From assembly GCA_950097015.1 (NCBI GenBank), contig CATNEN010000030.1:3286001-3350000 (forward strand): DNA of 64,000 nucleotides. The letters are read 5' to 3'. The stretch comes from Macrostomum hystrix. Taxonomy: Eukaryota; Animalia; Platyhelminthes. This document shows positions 1-14,100 of this stretch, one piece after another; position 1 is the first letter of the stretch, and the number at the start of each line of letters is the position of its first letter. The translations under genes were made by a program, and so were the position numbers. The notes below the pieces were generated by a model. The model made no database searches and was not told the origin of the DNA. It saw only the letters and a program-made list of their open reading frames with translations.

Positions 1-2114
1 CAGAAAAAATGATAGAAGTACCTCTAGAGTTTTAGGCCTATTAGGAAGTGCCATAGGTCTTATCAATACTAGCTTATGTCATAATATGAATTTTTATATT
101 GATTGATTCTACAAAACAATCCACTTGAAAAAATATTTAAACAAGAAATAAATATATAATCTTAAAAAGCTTTATTTTAAGACATAGTATTGTAATATAT
201 AGAAAACATTCTTCCAAAAAGGCTAACACAGTTTGAAAATGTTTAATTACACTTATTTACAACTTTGAACTTGCTTTACCATATTAGAAAGGGAAGATGA
301 ATAGAAACAGCTAGCTATTGTTCAGATGATAAGAGTTTTATTTTAAAGTTTATGCTTCATCCCTTAACATTATTATTGAGTTTTTTACGGTAAAAAACCT
401 CTGGCTAATGGTTCATTATAACCCCAAGATCCAACCATAAAGGGCAGTTGGGCACATTGCAAGACAAAGCTACTGTCTATGCATGGAACAAGCAAAGCAC
501 TATTTGACTCAATTTGAGTCATATCTACAATGACTTTTGTGCTCTAGTCTATACCTAGAGAAGAGCCACTTTGGCAACTTTCTATACTAGATGAGCCAAT
601 ATTACTCTTTTTGATCAACTCTGTCAAACTCAGAACTTTTTATAGTTGTTTTATTATTTGGTAGGCCTAGTATTTTGTAAAATAATGAAATAAATGAAAC
701 TGAATGACTGCCAATTAAACACAGTGGTCATTTATAGTAAACAATGAAGAGATAATTTGTATTTCCTAAGCATATTAGGAAAAATTAATCAGTAAAAGCC
801 ATTTACAATTGGCTAGTCATAGACTTATATAGCCTGGTATATATAGCCATATTATTGTTAAGATTTAGAATCTCATCTAAACATTAGGGGCCAGGCCTAC
901 TAATCTATAAAAACTGTAGTTAGACATGCTAAATAATAATATCTTTAATACAGTTCTTAATTCTTATAATAGCCTAGCTGGAGGCTTAAATTTATTTAAC
1001 TACTTAATTGCTAATATCATTACTCAAAATGGTAGACTAGCTTTATAATTCATTAAATGGGATGATTTAGATATAGGCCTAAAGCCTAAAACATAATACA
1101 TCAGCTAGCGGGTCCTGGGCCAATAAAAATTGACAAATAGGGGCCTACAAATAAACACTTAGGCCTTGCAGCTAGCAAGAAAGAAGTTTCATGGTGTTAC
1201 CAGGCTTAATATTAGCTACTTATACCATTGGCATTAGGTCTATTGCCATATTGGTTTTCTAATACAACAGGATTTTATCTTGAGGCTAGGCCTTACGCCC
1301 AAACATGGCTAGGATACTCTATAGGGACAGAACACAATCACTTTATCAGTGACCTTTCCTGTCTACCTTCTGTATTTTAGTCTGCCTCATTTAAGTAGAC
1401 GAGCCTAAACCAAGATGCGAGTGAAATGTGAAGAGAAATGCATAAAAACGAATAGGGGCCTAGGCCTAATAGATAAAATATAATAATCAGAGTAAAATTT
1501 TGAAAGTCTATTAATGTGGATATGCACTCTAAGTAGATAGTTTAAACGTAAATAAAGTTAGACTTGATAGAAATAAATTATAATTATAAAGATTTTTAAG
1601 TTAGACCATGACTAGGTGCAGTTAGCTATTAGTACTCTATAGAAGTTAGCGCAATTAGCAAAGCAACAAATCCAAATCCGTACATTTGTTTTTATTTTTT
1701 AACTGTTGTGTAACTGAAATTGTTTTCAAGTTTGTAAAAAATATTTGACTGCATATAAAATGCTTAAACTATGCGACTGAAACAAAAAACACTAACTGGT
1801 TGTTAAAAAAGGCAATAGCTTGGCTGAAAATTTTAACTTTAAGTGATTGTGTTTTTTATCACCACGATATTTAAATGATCGGTTACTAACATATCCCTTA
1901 TCATTGAAAGACATTGTATTCTTTCTCCACACTTTGAGTACATAGCTAAGCTAGCCGTATTGTTATATTTTAAATAGCTTACAACGAATCAGCAGTTGTG
2001 TATTGGAAAGATACACTCTAAACATTTTCGCCATTTTCTCGAAGAAGTGAAGGACGGTCCATAGAATAAGTCTTAGGTATTCTTAGACTACGTTAAAGAT
2101 AAGAAAATATTTTA

Positions 2115-5100
2115 ATGCAAGTAGAAGAAGTGAAGGATGATTTCTTATATCAAGGAGAATTTATTATTAGCGAAGGAGATACGAAAATTTATAGGTAAGT
2201 ACTTAAAACTATAGAACTTATTGACTTAGCTCGTAATGCATTGCAAGTTCGTTCTTTCTGCTTTAGTAGATAGATATTAAACAGATATAAGTAATAGAAA
2301 AGTTTATATTTGATTTAGAGTTTTGTGCAATATGAGTAAGATAAGCAGCAGGTAGTTCTAAATTATATTTTTGTTTTGTATATGGAAATAGTATCATTTT
2401 ACTATATCACTAGGCCCTATGTGTCAATTTAGCTATATGTTTCCTTGGGTTTTCATCTAGAAAAAAGAGAATAAAGGGGAATATATTTTTGCATACATGA
2501 AAGAGAGAAGCATTCTTTTTGTTTCTTAAAGAATATATTGACAGCACATTTTCTTAACTGTCTTTCAAAGTTTAAATAAGTTCAGTAGACATTATTACAT
2601 GAACTTCATTATGATTTAACTATTCCCTTATGAGTAATTTACCCTAAAAAACTAGATCTTACTTGACAGATGCCAAGAACATCTATGTAACCTTCTATAT
2701 GTATAAACGCCCATTGCCCTATCATTTTAAGTGCCTATAAGAGTATATAATATATGCCTTTATAATATATGCCTATGTAATATTGGCCCTCATAATTCAT
2801 GGGGTTGTACAGCCTTGAATCTTGATGTCTAGAAGAAGTTATCCTAAATATTCAATGCTATATTGCTAAAACATTGCAACTGGTAGGCTTTTAAAGCCTC
2901 AATTTAAATGTAGGCTTTTAATTTTAAGTGTATGTGCTACTAAGTACTATTGATTTCTCAATGTTAAGAAGCTTGTGTTTGCATTAATTACATAACAAGA
3001 ATGTGACTGAAATGCAAGAGGTGATTTAATTATTTTTGTTCATCTATTAAAAGCCACAACTTCAATTGCTCACACTAGCTATTCATATTGAAAAAAATAT
3101 AATTTGATAAAAAATTAATACCTTAGTTCAAGCTTTATTCTCTTTTGCTTTTTGGCTTGTGTAGCGCGAACCTATTGCAAGTGGATGCACTCATTAAGAG
3201 CTATATTACTCATATTTACTTGTCAGGCATATTGTGCTCGACAATGGCCTCCAGGTGCTGCTAATTCACGAGCCAGACGATGCAGACAACTGGACAACTG
3301 TCAAGCGGCGCAAGTCCACCGTGGAGCCACTGGACGCCATGGTGGAGGCCAGCACCATCCAGTCTGCTGACGAAGACGAAGATGTTGCCAATAACGAAGG
3401 ACCTTCTGAGCAACGCCGTCGGCGAAGGCGCGTTAGAAATGGCGATCAGAACGGAAGCATTGCCGCGGAAGGAAACGCCAGCCCGAAAAACAGCAGCATC
3501 GAGGTGGTCACCTCGGACGGATTTGAGAATACGGAAGTCGATGAAGAGAACGAAGAGATCCCTGCCGAAGAATTCGATCAGGTAATACGCCCATAAGAAA
3601 CCTGATATTGCCTGTAACGAACTGAGCATTCATGTACCTTTATGCAGTCTTCCTACTTCTTGCGCTAAAAATAAAAAAAATGGGCCATTTGTACAGGCAG
3701 TGGCTCAGCCGCAGCTATTAACAGTGGAAAGATCACGCCTTTTTCCTGCCCGGGGAAAGACCACGAAGGTATTTCAAACACCCACTGCCTACTTCACGAT
3801 AGCTCCCAAACCGAATGACCGATGACCGTGAACGTCCACCATTTAAATCAACATTTTCCGCCCTTCACGACGAACTTACTTTCAAAGTTTTGTGATTCTG
3901 GAAGTTTTTTATCATCGAATAGAGGTGGATGTTATGCATTTCAATGGCAATTGGTTGAATATTTTTGGAGATACGAAAACTTCGGGTATTTGAAATACCT
4001 CGAGTGGTATTTTAACTGTAAAGCATGCCTACTATTTTTTCTACTCAATGTCAAATCTTCATATGTCAACTCAAGTTTTCGCAGTTATTAAATTCCAAAA
4101 CTCGCGTTTTTCAATCAGGAGGACGCTGAAGAGGACTCTAGTGCCATTGAAATCGAAGCCGCGGTAGTGCTAGAACGCGGCGATCGCGACAACCTGGCCG
4201 AGGCGCGCCGCAGTCAGCAGGTTCGCAGCGCCAAACTGTCCGCCGCAGCCGTCTGTGTTGGCAGCGGCAACGCCCAGGACGATCCGGACTTGCCCGGCCT
4301 GGCGCACTGCCTGGAGCACATGGTGTTCATGGGCTCGGCCAAGTATCCGGACGAGAACGGCTTCGACTCGTTCGTCCAGGAGTGCGGCGGCAGCATCAAC
4401 GCCTGGACTGACGCCGAACAGACTCTGTTCCATTTTAGCGTTCGGCAGCAGAGCTTGGTGGAGTGCCTGGATAGGTGAGGATGCGACTCGCCTCATTCTG
4501 TTTGCCGTCACTTCAGTAAATGCTCGGAGTATAGAACACCATTTATAGTGCTCTATCTAGGACAAACGGGATCCTTTTTTCATATCTGAAATCCCATCTT
4601 TCCTAAAAACAAATCCCATATAATCGTCGACATCCCAGCCTTGAACAAAAAACTCCAATAAAGAAATCCCGCTTAAATGAACAGAATCCCATCTTGTCAT
4701 AGAAATCCCTTCTCAGACGAACACGATCTAATGTTTCATAGAAAATACCACTTAAGCAACGAAGTTCCCACATTTCATATAAATTCCAATTCAAACGATC
4801 AGGATCCCAAATTTAATAAAAATTCCTTCTAAAACGATCAGGATCCCATCTTTCATAGAAATCCCCGCTCGGATAAGCAGTATCCCATTTTTCATAGAAA
4901 TCCCCGCTCGGATAAGCAGGATCCCATCCTTCATGGAAATCCCCACTCGGATAAGCAGTATCCCATTTTTCATAGAAATCCCCGCTCGGATAAGCAGGAT
5001 CCCATCTTTCATGGAAATCTCCACTTGGATAAGCAGGATTCCATCTTTCATGGAAATCTCCACTCGGATAAGAAGGATCCCATCTTTCATAGAAATCCCC

Positions 5101-8100
5101 ACTCGGATAAGCAGAATCCCATCTTTCATAGAAATCCCCACTCGGATAAGCAGAATCCCATCTTTAATAGAAATCCCCGCTCGGTTAAGCAGGATCCCAT
5201 CTTTCATGGAAATCCCCGCTCGGATAAGCAGAATCCCATCTTTCATGTGAAATGGCTCCATTTTCATGGCTCCATTTGTAGAACTATCGCTTAATCGAGC
5301 AGGCTCACAATCATTCACAAGAATTCATTCACCCAAACTGGGTCCGTAGATTCGCCCACCTGCTAGGCGAGCCGCTGCTACTCGAGTCCAGCCTGGAACG
5401 CGAGGTGCAAGCCGTGCACAGCGAATTCGAACTGGCCTGCACCAATGTCGACTCGCAGATGAACTTTTTCCACGCCTTCTTGGCCGGCCCGGAGCATCCG
5501 ATGGGCGGCTTTAAGTCCGGCAATCGCTTCACCCTCTGGGAGCGGCCGCGCGCCAACGGCATCGACGTGCGCGATCGTCTGGAGAGCTACTGGCATCGGC
5601 ACTACACGGCCGGGAATATGCGGCTGGCTGTGCAGAGCCGCATCGGCCTGGATGAACTCGAAGCCTCGGTGCGCGACTCCTTCGCCTGCCTCCAGCCTGG
5701 CCAACCGCAGCCGCGCAGTCTGGCGCCGCCTTTCGGAGCCGACTGCGACAGATTCTTCGGGCGAGTCTATAAACTCGTCCCGGCCAAGGACATGGACCGG
5801 CTGCGTCTGGCCTGGCCTGGTCCGCCTGCCCGACTGCGCGATCAGCCGCATCGCCTGCTGGCCATCTGTCTGACTCACGAAGGTCCTGGCAGCCTCCTGG
5901 ACTGCATGCGTCGGTCCGGCCTGGCCGCCGAGCTCTGGGCCGGCGTGCGCAATCGCGGCCTAAGCGACAATCAGGCGGCGTCACTCTTTGAAGTTGGCGT
6001 CCGTCTGACGCCAAGCGGCCTGCGGGTCTGGGAGAGGATCGTCCGCCTCATCTATTCCTACGTCGGCATGCTGGGCCGGCGTCTGCCAGAACTGGCCAGA
6101 ATCTACGCCGAGAGGAGGCGAATCTGGCGTACAGCATTTCGCTTTCAAGAGGAAGACGAACCGGCGGACAGCGTGGAATTCGTCAGCTGCAATATGCAAC
6201 GACTGCCGCCCGAGATGTGGCTAATGGGCGATCGAATGGTTCGCCGCTTCAATTTAGAAGCCATCGAAGATTATTGGCGCCGTCTGCGACCGCGGAATTC
6301 TTGCATACTGATCACTTCGCGTTCGTTTGTTCCGCTGTGCCATCGGGTCACTGATGGTCCGGCTGTGCGCTTTGCAGAGCATAGGTCAGTGACTCTCATG
6401 AGCTAATTGCTGTGATTTGCCACGGAATTTAGATGTTTGGGAGGGACGTCACAGTCCCGAATGGAAGCCACAGTCCCGAAAGGAAGCCACAGTCCCGAAG
6501 GAAAGCCACAGTCCCGAATGGAAGCCACAGTCCCGAAGGAAAGCCACAGTCCCGAATGGAAGCCACAGTCCCGAATGGAAGCCACAGTCCCGAATGGAAG
6601 CCACAGTCCCGAAGGAAGCCACAGTCCCGAATGGAAGCCACAGTCCCGAATGGAAGCCACAGTCCCGAATGGAAGCCACAGTCCCGAAGGAAAGCCACAG
6701 TCCCGAATGGAAGCCACAGTCCCGAAGGAAGCCACAGTCCCGAATGGAAGCCACAGTCCCGAAGGAAGCCACAGTCCCGAATGGAAGCCACAGTCCCGAA
6801 GGAAAGCCACAGTCCCGAATGGAAGCCACAGTCCCGAAGGAAGCCACAGTCCCGAATGGAAGCCACAGTCCCGAAGGAAGCCACAGTCCCGAATGGAAGC
6901 CACAGTCCCGAATGGAAGCCACAGTCCCGAAGGAAAGCCACAGTCCCGAATGGAAGCCACAGTCCCGAAGGAAAGCCACAGTCCCGAATGGAAGCCACAG
7001 TCCCGAAGGAAGCCACAGTCCCGAATGGAAGCCACAGTCCCGAAGGAAGCCACAGTCCCGAATGGAAGCCACAGTCCCGAAGGAAAGCCACAGTCCCGAA
7101 TGGAAGCCACAGTCCCGAAGGAAGCCACAGTCCCGAATGGAAGCCACAGTCCCGAAGGAAGCCACAGTCCCGAATGGAAGCCACAGTCCCGAAGGAAAGC
7201 CACAGTCCCGAATGGAAGCCACAGTCCCGAATGGAAGCCACAGTCCCGAAGGAAAGCCACAGTCCCGAATGGAAGCCACAGTCCCGAAGGAAAGCCACAG
7301 TCCCGAATGGAAGCCACAGTCCCGAATGGAAGCCACAGTCCCGAAGGAAAGCCACAGTCCCGAATGGAAGCCACATTCCTGAATTTCTGTTGTTAAAATA
7401 CTTATTAAAAATGGTATTTTTCTAATTAGCATTATAAGTGGCCTATTCAACTCCGCCCAAGGTTATTTAGGGAGTCGTTTAGCTATTCCAAGGCAGCAAG
7501 TTTTTGCTGTTCCTGTTTTCGGCAGAAAAATAAGCACATTTCAATTGCGGCTCGCTTTGCACTGTGCCACCTCGTCAGTGTAGTTAAATTAGCAACTTAG
7601 CCCTGTTAAGCAAACAGTGTGTGTACATTATAAACCTACCTATTGACTTGGGTGGGCAGTGTGAACCCAGCTCTCGTCTCGCCGTGAACTAAATGGTGCA
7701 GAACTTAGATTGAATTTCATTAAACAGCCTGCTAGCCTAGTGGAGTCTCGTTCTGTGACTGCGCAGCGCTTCGTACCACCGTATTGTTTTCCACAGCTTT
7801 TCAGGTTGAAAAACGCTAGATCATTGCTAAATTAAAAGTACGTACTAACCTGTACTATCACTACCACCATGGTAGACCCCTCTGGTGAAAGGGGACTTTC
7901 AATTCTATCAATCCCACACTCCTATCTCACAATCCCACACTCCTATCTCACAATCCCACACTCCTATCTCACAATCCCACACTCCTATCTTACAATCTCA
8001 CACTAATGTCTCACAATCCCACAATCTAATCTCACAATCCCACACTCTAATCTCACAATCCCACACTCATGTCTCACAACCCAACACTCTTATCTCATAA

Positions 8101-11100
8101 TCCCACACTCCTATCTCACAATCCCACACTTCTATCTCACAATCCCACACTCCTATCTCGCAATCCCACACTCCTATCTCACAACCCACACTCCTATCTC
8201 ACAACCCAAACTCTTATTTCACAATCCCACACTCTAATCTCACCATCCCACACTCTAATATCATAATCCCACACTTTTATCTCATAATCGCTCACTCTAA
8301 TCTCACAATACCACACTCTTATCTCATAATCCCAGACTTGTGTCTCACAATCCCACACTCTAATCTCACAATCCCACACTGCTGTCTCACAATCTCACAC
8401 TTCTATCTCACAATCCCACACTCATTACTCGCGATCCCACACTCTTATCTCATAATCCCATACTCTTATCTCACAATCCTTGACTCTAATCTCACAATCC
8501 CACACTCTTATCTCACAATCCCACACTCTTATCTCACAACCCCACACTCTAATCTCACAATCCCACACTCTTATCTCACAATCCCACACTCTTATCTAAC
8601 AATCCCACACTCTTATCTCACAATCCCACACTCTTATCTCACAATCCTCAAAAAACCCGATGCAAGAGTTTTTCAGCACAGAACTTTATAACACCCCTAT
8701 GTGAAAGTATGTGAAAAGTTATGTGAAAGTAACTGAATTCACTCGCTCTCAAAGAGAATTTTATTGATTAAATAAATCAGTCTCAGCGAGGACACAATGG
8801 CAGACTGGGAGCGCTGCGTACTAGAGCCTGACAATGAGCTGCTCAACGCCTGCCCTCTGCACCTGCCGCTGCCAAATCAGTTTGTGTCGGAGAATTTCAA
8901 CGTCCAATCGCCGTCTGACGCCTACAGTGACATGGGCCTGGACTGCGTGCCCGAGGTAAGAGCTCGTTGATCGGAGCTGTACTCGTAGCACAAAATTACA
9001 GTAGGAATTAATTATTTTCCAGAAAAAATAAGAAAATATTTTCTTGATGAAAATTTCAAGCTTTAAGAAAAAATGCTGCTTCGTGATAAACAAGTCCATT
9101 TCTTTGAAAAAAAAGTTCTTAAAGAAATGAATTAGTAAATTTAACTTATAAAATTTCATGTCTTTGAAAATCAAGTTTGTACAAGTACGAGCGTATATAT
9201 ACTTGAACAACTTGATTAAATTTTTAACAATTTAATCCTGGGGGACTTCTAAATATATAAATGGAAAATAATTATACATTCAGGCTACATTTACATAGAG
9301 CAGGGGTCGGCAAACTTATTAGCTAGCGGGCCAAATAGAGAACCTAAAAGACGACAGCGGGCCGCATTGACTGTAAAAATATGAGACAATGTAGAGATGA
9401 GACACGGGAGAGATGAGACACGGGAGAGATGAGACACAGGAGAGATAAGACACGGGGAGAGATAAGACACGGGGAGAGATGAGACACGGGGAGAGATAAG
9501 ACACGGGGAGAGATGAGACACGGGGAGAGATGAGACACGGGAGAGATGAGACACGCGAGAGATGAGACACGGGAGAGATGAGACACAGGAGAGATAAGAC
9601 ACGGGGAGAGATGAGACACGGGGAGAGATAAGACACGGGGAGAGATGAGACACGGGGAGAGATAAGACACGGGGAGAGATAAGACACGGGGAGAGATGAG
9701 ACACGGGAGAGATGAGACACGGAAGAGATAAGACACGGGGAGAGATAAGACACGGGGAGAGATAAGACACGGGGAGAGATAAGACACAGGGAGAGATCAG
9801 ACACGGGGAGAGATAAGACACGGGGAGAGATAAGACACAGGGAGAGATGATACACGGGGAGAGATAAGACACGGGGAGAGATAAGACACAGGGAGAGATG
9901 AGACACGGGGAGAGATAAGACACAGGGAGAGATAAGACACGGGAAGAGATAAGACACAGGGAGAGATAAGACACAGGGAGAGATAAGACACGGGGAGAGA
10001 TGAGACACGGGAGAGATGAGACAGGGGAGAGAAAGGACACAGGGGACAGGGGAGCGATGAGACAGGGGAGAGATCTTACAGGGGAGAGATGAGACAGGAT
10101 ACTGTAGGTGTCGGAATGGGCAACGGGCCGGATTTGGGAGCTTCGAGGGGCGCATCTGGCCCGCGGGCCGGAGTTTGCCGACCCTTGACATAGAGTATGA
10201 ATTTTCTAAGCTTAATGTCACATTTATCCCACCCCGCAGTACCCAATCAGAGTGCTGCTAGGAGACCCGGCTGTGGACAAGTTCGGCCCACTATTCTACT
10301 ACAAAGATAGAAAGTTTAAAACGCCGCGAGGTTAGTTTTCTTGATTAAAGTACATTTCTTGAAGCTCACGAGCAATACTTTTAATATATAGGTACACGTA
10401 TGTATTGCGCTTACTTTAATAAGCGCAACGGTAATTTATCACATAACTGTAATAAAACATTAATCATTCCGTAACGGTAAAATGTAACCATAATAATAAT
10501 AATAAGTGCAGGAGGGCTGCTAGAATTGGCACATCATTTGGTGACACTAGACCTGGAGCCAGCGAGGAGGCAATTTCGCTGACTCCTGAGCACACACGCA
10601 CACAGATACAGTAAGCCCACACAGGTGTGTACATCTGCCTTGACTTTCTCATCGTCAGGCAATTTACACTCTCACCGAGCCTTGGAGGTTGGCCCTCAAG
10701 GGCGTAAATTTCACGTCAAGCCCCAAGCATTCTCTCCGCGGCTGCGCCCCAAATAAATGTGGCCTCGCCGCGGAATCGAGCTCACGGACCTTGGTGCGAG
10801 AGGCAAACGCGTTAACCGCTCTGCCACTCACCCCCCTTATTTAACAATTAAAATAACGGAGGTTTTAGCCAAGTAGTTAGAGCTTTGAAAATCTTACCGA
10901 GAGGTCGCGAGTTCGAATCGTAGCGCAAGGAAAAGAAAGCTATACAAGTAATTTCCTTCTGTTTCGGATCGCCCAGATATAAAACATGGTTTGTACAATA
11001 GCTGCGGCTTTGACACTGACTAAATCTGGCCCAGTTCGACCCAAACTTTATATTTTAAATAACCCTAATTTGTTTCTTATTCCAACTACTAACATTATGG

Positions 11101-14100
11101 TCATAAATATTTTAGCTGTCGTTCGCGTCAGCATAGATTCGCCAGTTATTTGTGAGTCTCTTGAAAAGTAAGTCAAAAAGTTTTTGTGAGTTTGCTTTCT
11201 TTTTACTTCTTCTTTTTACTTCTCTGCTGTCTCTTTCTTCTCTGCCCGATTCACAGGAATCCTGATTCACAGGAATCCTGATTCACAGGAATCCCGATTC
11301 ACAGGAATCCTGATTCACAGGAATCCTGATTCATAGAAATCCTGATTCATAGAAATCCTGATTCATAGAAATCCTGATTCATAGGAATCCTGATTCACAG
11401 GAATCCTGATTCACAGGAATCCTGATTCATAGGAATCCTGATTCACAGGAATCCCGATTCACAGGAATCCCGATTCACAGGAATCCCGATTCACAGGAAT
11501 CCCGATTCACAGGAATCCCGATTCACAGGAATCGCGATTCACAGGAATCCCGATTCACAGGAATACCGATTCACAGGAATCCCGATTCATCGGAATCCCG
11601 ATTCACAGGAATCCTGATTCACAGGAATCCTGATTCACAGGAATCCCGATTCACAGGAATCCTGATTCATAGGAATCCTGATTCACAGGAATCCTGATTC
11701 ACAGGAATCCTGATTCATAGGAATCCTGATTCACAGGAATCCCGATTCACAGGAATCCTGATTCACAGGAATCCTGATTCACAGGAATCCTGATTCATAG
11801 AAATCCCAATTCACAGGAACCCCGATTCACAGGAATCCCGATTCACCGAAATCATTCCAATCCATATTTCCGAAAATTCCTACTTTCCACAAATCCCAAA
11901 TTCACCAAACACACAATTAATTTTCAGTTCCACTCTGGTTCACCTGTGGCTCTACATGTTAAACTTTCAATTGAGCAAAGAACTGTACGCTGCTATCGAA
12001 GCTAGCCTATGGTAAATCAACATTGATAACACATTATTATTCGAACGTAATAAACTTACTTAAACCTAATCTATCTTTACTACAGGTACGAAATAATTCT
12101 TGTTGAACCGTTTTCCATTCGCATCAGAATCGAAGGATTCAACGACAAATTGTTTGTAAGTGGACCTAATCTTAATTCCTAAAAACTGATATATATACAA
12201 GAATGCAATGCGACTTTGTTGCTACCTGCACTCAACTGCTCCCAGCAAATTTTATTTCCCGAATAAAGCAGTTTCTTTTCGTCGCTCATAAATAATTCAT
12301 TTTAGCAAGAAGAAATCGGCCCCATTGGTGCTGGCGCGAGTTGTTGTTGTCACTTTAATTTCTGACTCTCTTTACATGTCAATAGTAAAAAGGCTTTACC
12401 ACTACCAAAAACCCGCAGACTCTTTATTCAACCATCGTTAGAAAGTTGAGACAGTTTGGCGAACTCCTTGAACTGATGGATCAGCGGCTGAATTTCGGCT
12501 TAGCCAAAGAGGAGGTGCGCAAACTGATGGTCAACTCCTTACTGACTCCCGGTAGGCTCATCAGGTGAGTGGGTGTCAGCTTGTTCCGTACTTGCCATCA
12601 GTTAGATAAGAAACTGTCTAACCCATTTGATTGGCTGGCTTAAGTCACGTGATTCTGGTTAAATACGAGCTATGTTGAAAGAGGGATTCCCTCAAAATTG
12701 TTTCTAAATTATAATAGTTGTTTCATCCGTTGGAGTGGAAAATGTTTTCTGGACTTTCATGACGTTTGGTTAAATATTTTAGGAGATACAGAAAATCAAT
12801 TTTGTTATACCCCAGTCTTTTTTTCTGTTAATGTTTCGCATTATGGAAATTCCATGAAATTATAAATAAAGAGTAGGCTTAAAAGTTGTTGATGTATTTG
12901 TAGCAAAAAGTAAAGAAATTCTTATTATTGGAGCCTTATCTACTTTTAGCGAAAACAAACTTTGCTTTAACTCTAATATCAGTTAATGCAATGTTTTGTT
13001 TTTTTCCGGTTTTCGGCGTCAAAGTCGAATTGCGCACTCGAAAAATACATTTTGTAATCTCTGATTATAATTCTTTGTTTTTTTTAACCAAATTTTACTA
13101 GCGAAATGCGCCTCTACCTACTGGAGCGAGATCGCTACTTGCGCAACGACCAGCTCGCCTGCCTCGAGTCACTAACTTTGAAGCATGTTGGAGAATTTCA
13201 TAGACGACTGCTGTCCAGATTGTCTCTTAAAGTCTACGTGCATGGCAACTGTGGAGCTGAGGTGAGACCCTGCTCTAAGGAGTTCAAAGGCTGTGTACAG
13301 CTGTTCAGTCCATGGACTAGTGGCTGTTTAAGTCTGTGTACAGCTGTTCACTCCATGGACTAGTGGGTGTTTAAGTCTGTGTACAGCTGTTCACTCCATG
13401 GACTAGTGGGTGTTTAAGTCTGTGTACAGCTGTTCAGTCTATGTTCACGCCAAGAATTTTTTCTCACTAAGCTCAGGAGATTCGAACTTTGGCTGTCTTG
13501 TTAGCCATCTGGCAGCCACTATTTTGAAATAGAATTTTAGTCAGATGAAGTCAAGAAATATGTTATATTAATTGATTCTTCGAATTGTCTCATTCTACAT
13601 TGCAGGAAGCAAAGAACTATTTCCGTCACATTGTGTCCATTCTGGAGCCGAATTGCGAAGTAGTCAACTGTCAGGTGAGGTTTTACCCATTCTAGCTCAA
13701 TGCTTCGATTGGCCGTATCCATAAAAATTAAGGCAAATTATTCTCATATGACAAAGATTTCACTTTTTCAAAAGTAAATTATTTTTTTGAATTTTGAGAT
13801 TTATTTAAAATTCAAACGTAAATTATAGATAGGGACAAATTTTGCCTTGCAAACAAAAAATTTAAAAGAACAAAATAGTACATTCTCGCTAGTTACTACT
13901 ATATAAGTAGCGCAGTTTGAATTTCTAAGTAAAACAGGAAATTTCTATCATTAAGCTACTATTGAATATGCAAGAACAATTACAAATGAACGATTGAAAT
14001 GAGCACATGTACAGCCTTTCAAAGACACATCCGAAGGCTGCGTACAGCTGTTCAGTCCATGGACTGGGTCGATGCTACGATGCCACCCACCTTTAATTAC

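Noticed and set aside
6403-7450. Long ORFs (300-440 aa) over tandem arrays here and at 4791-5318, 9291-10221, 46481-47593, 52363-53697 and 62156-63146
   Set aside because: They are open only because the repeat units lack stops. They occur in several frames and on both strands and lie in introns or intergenic DNA.
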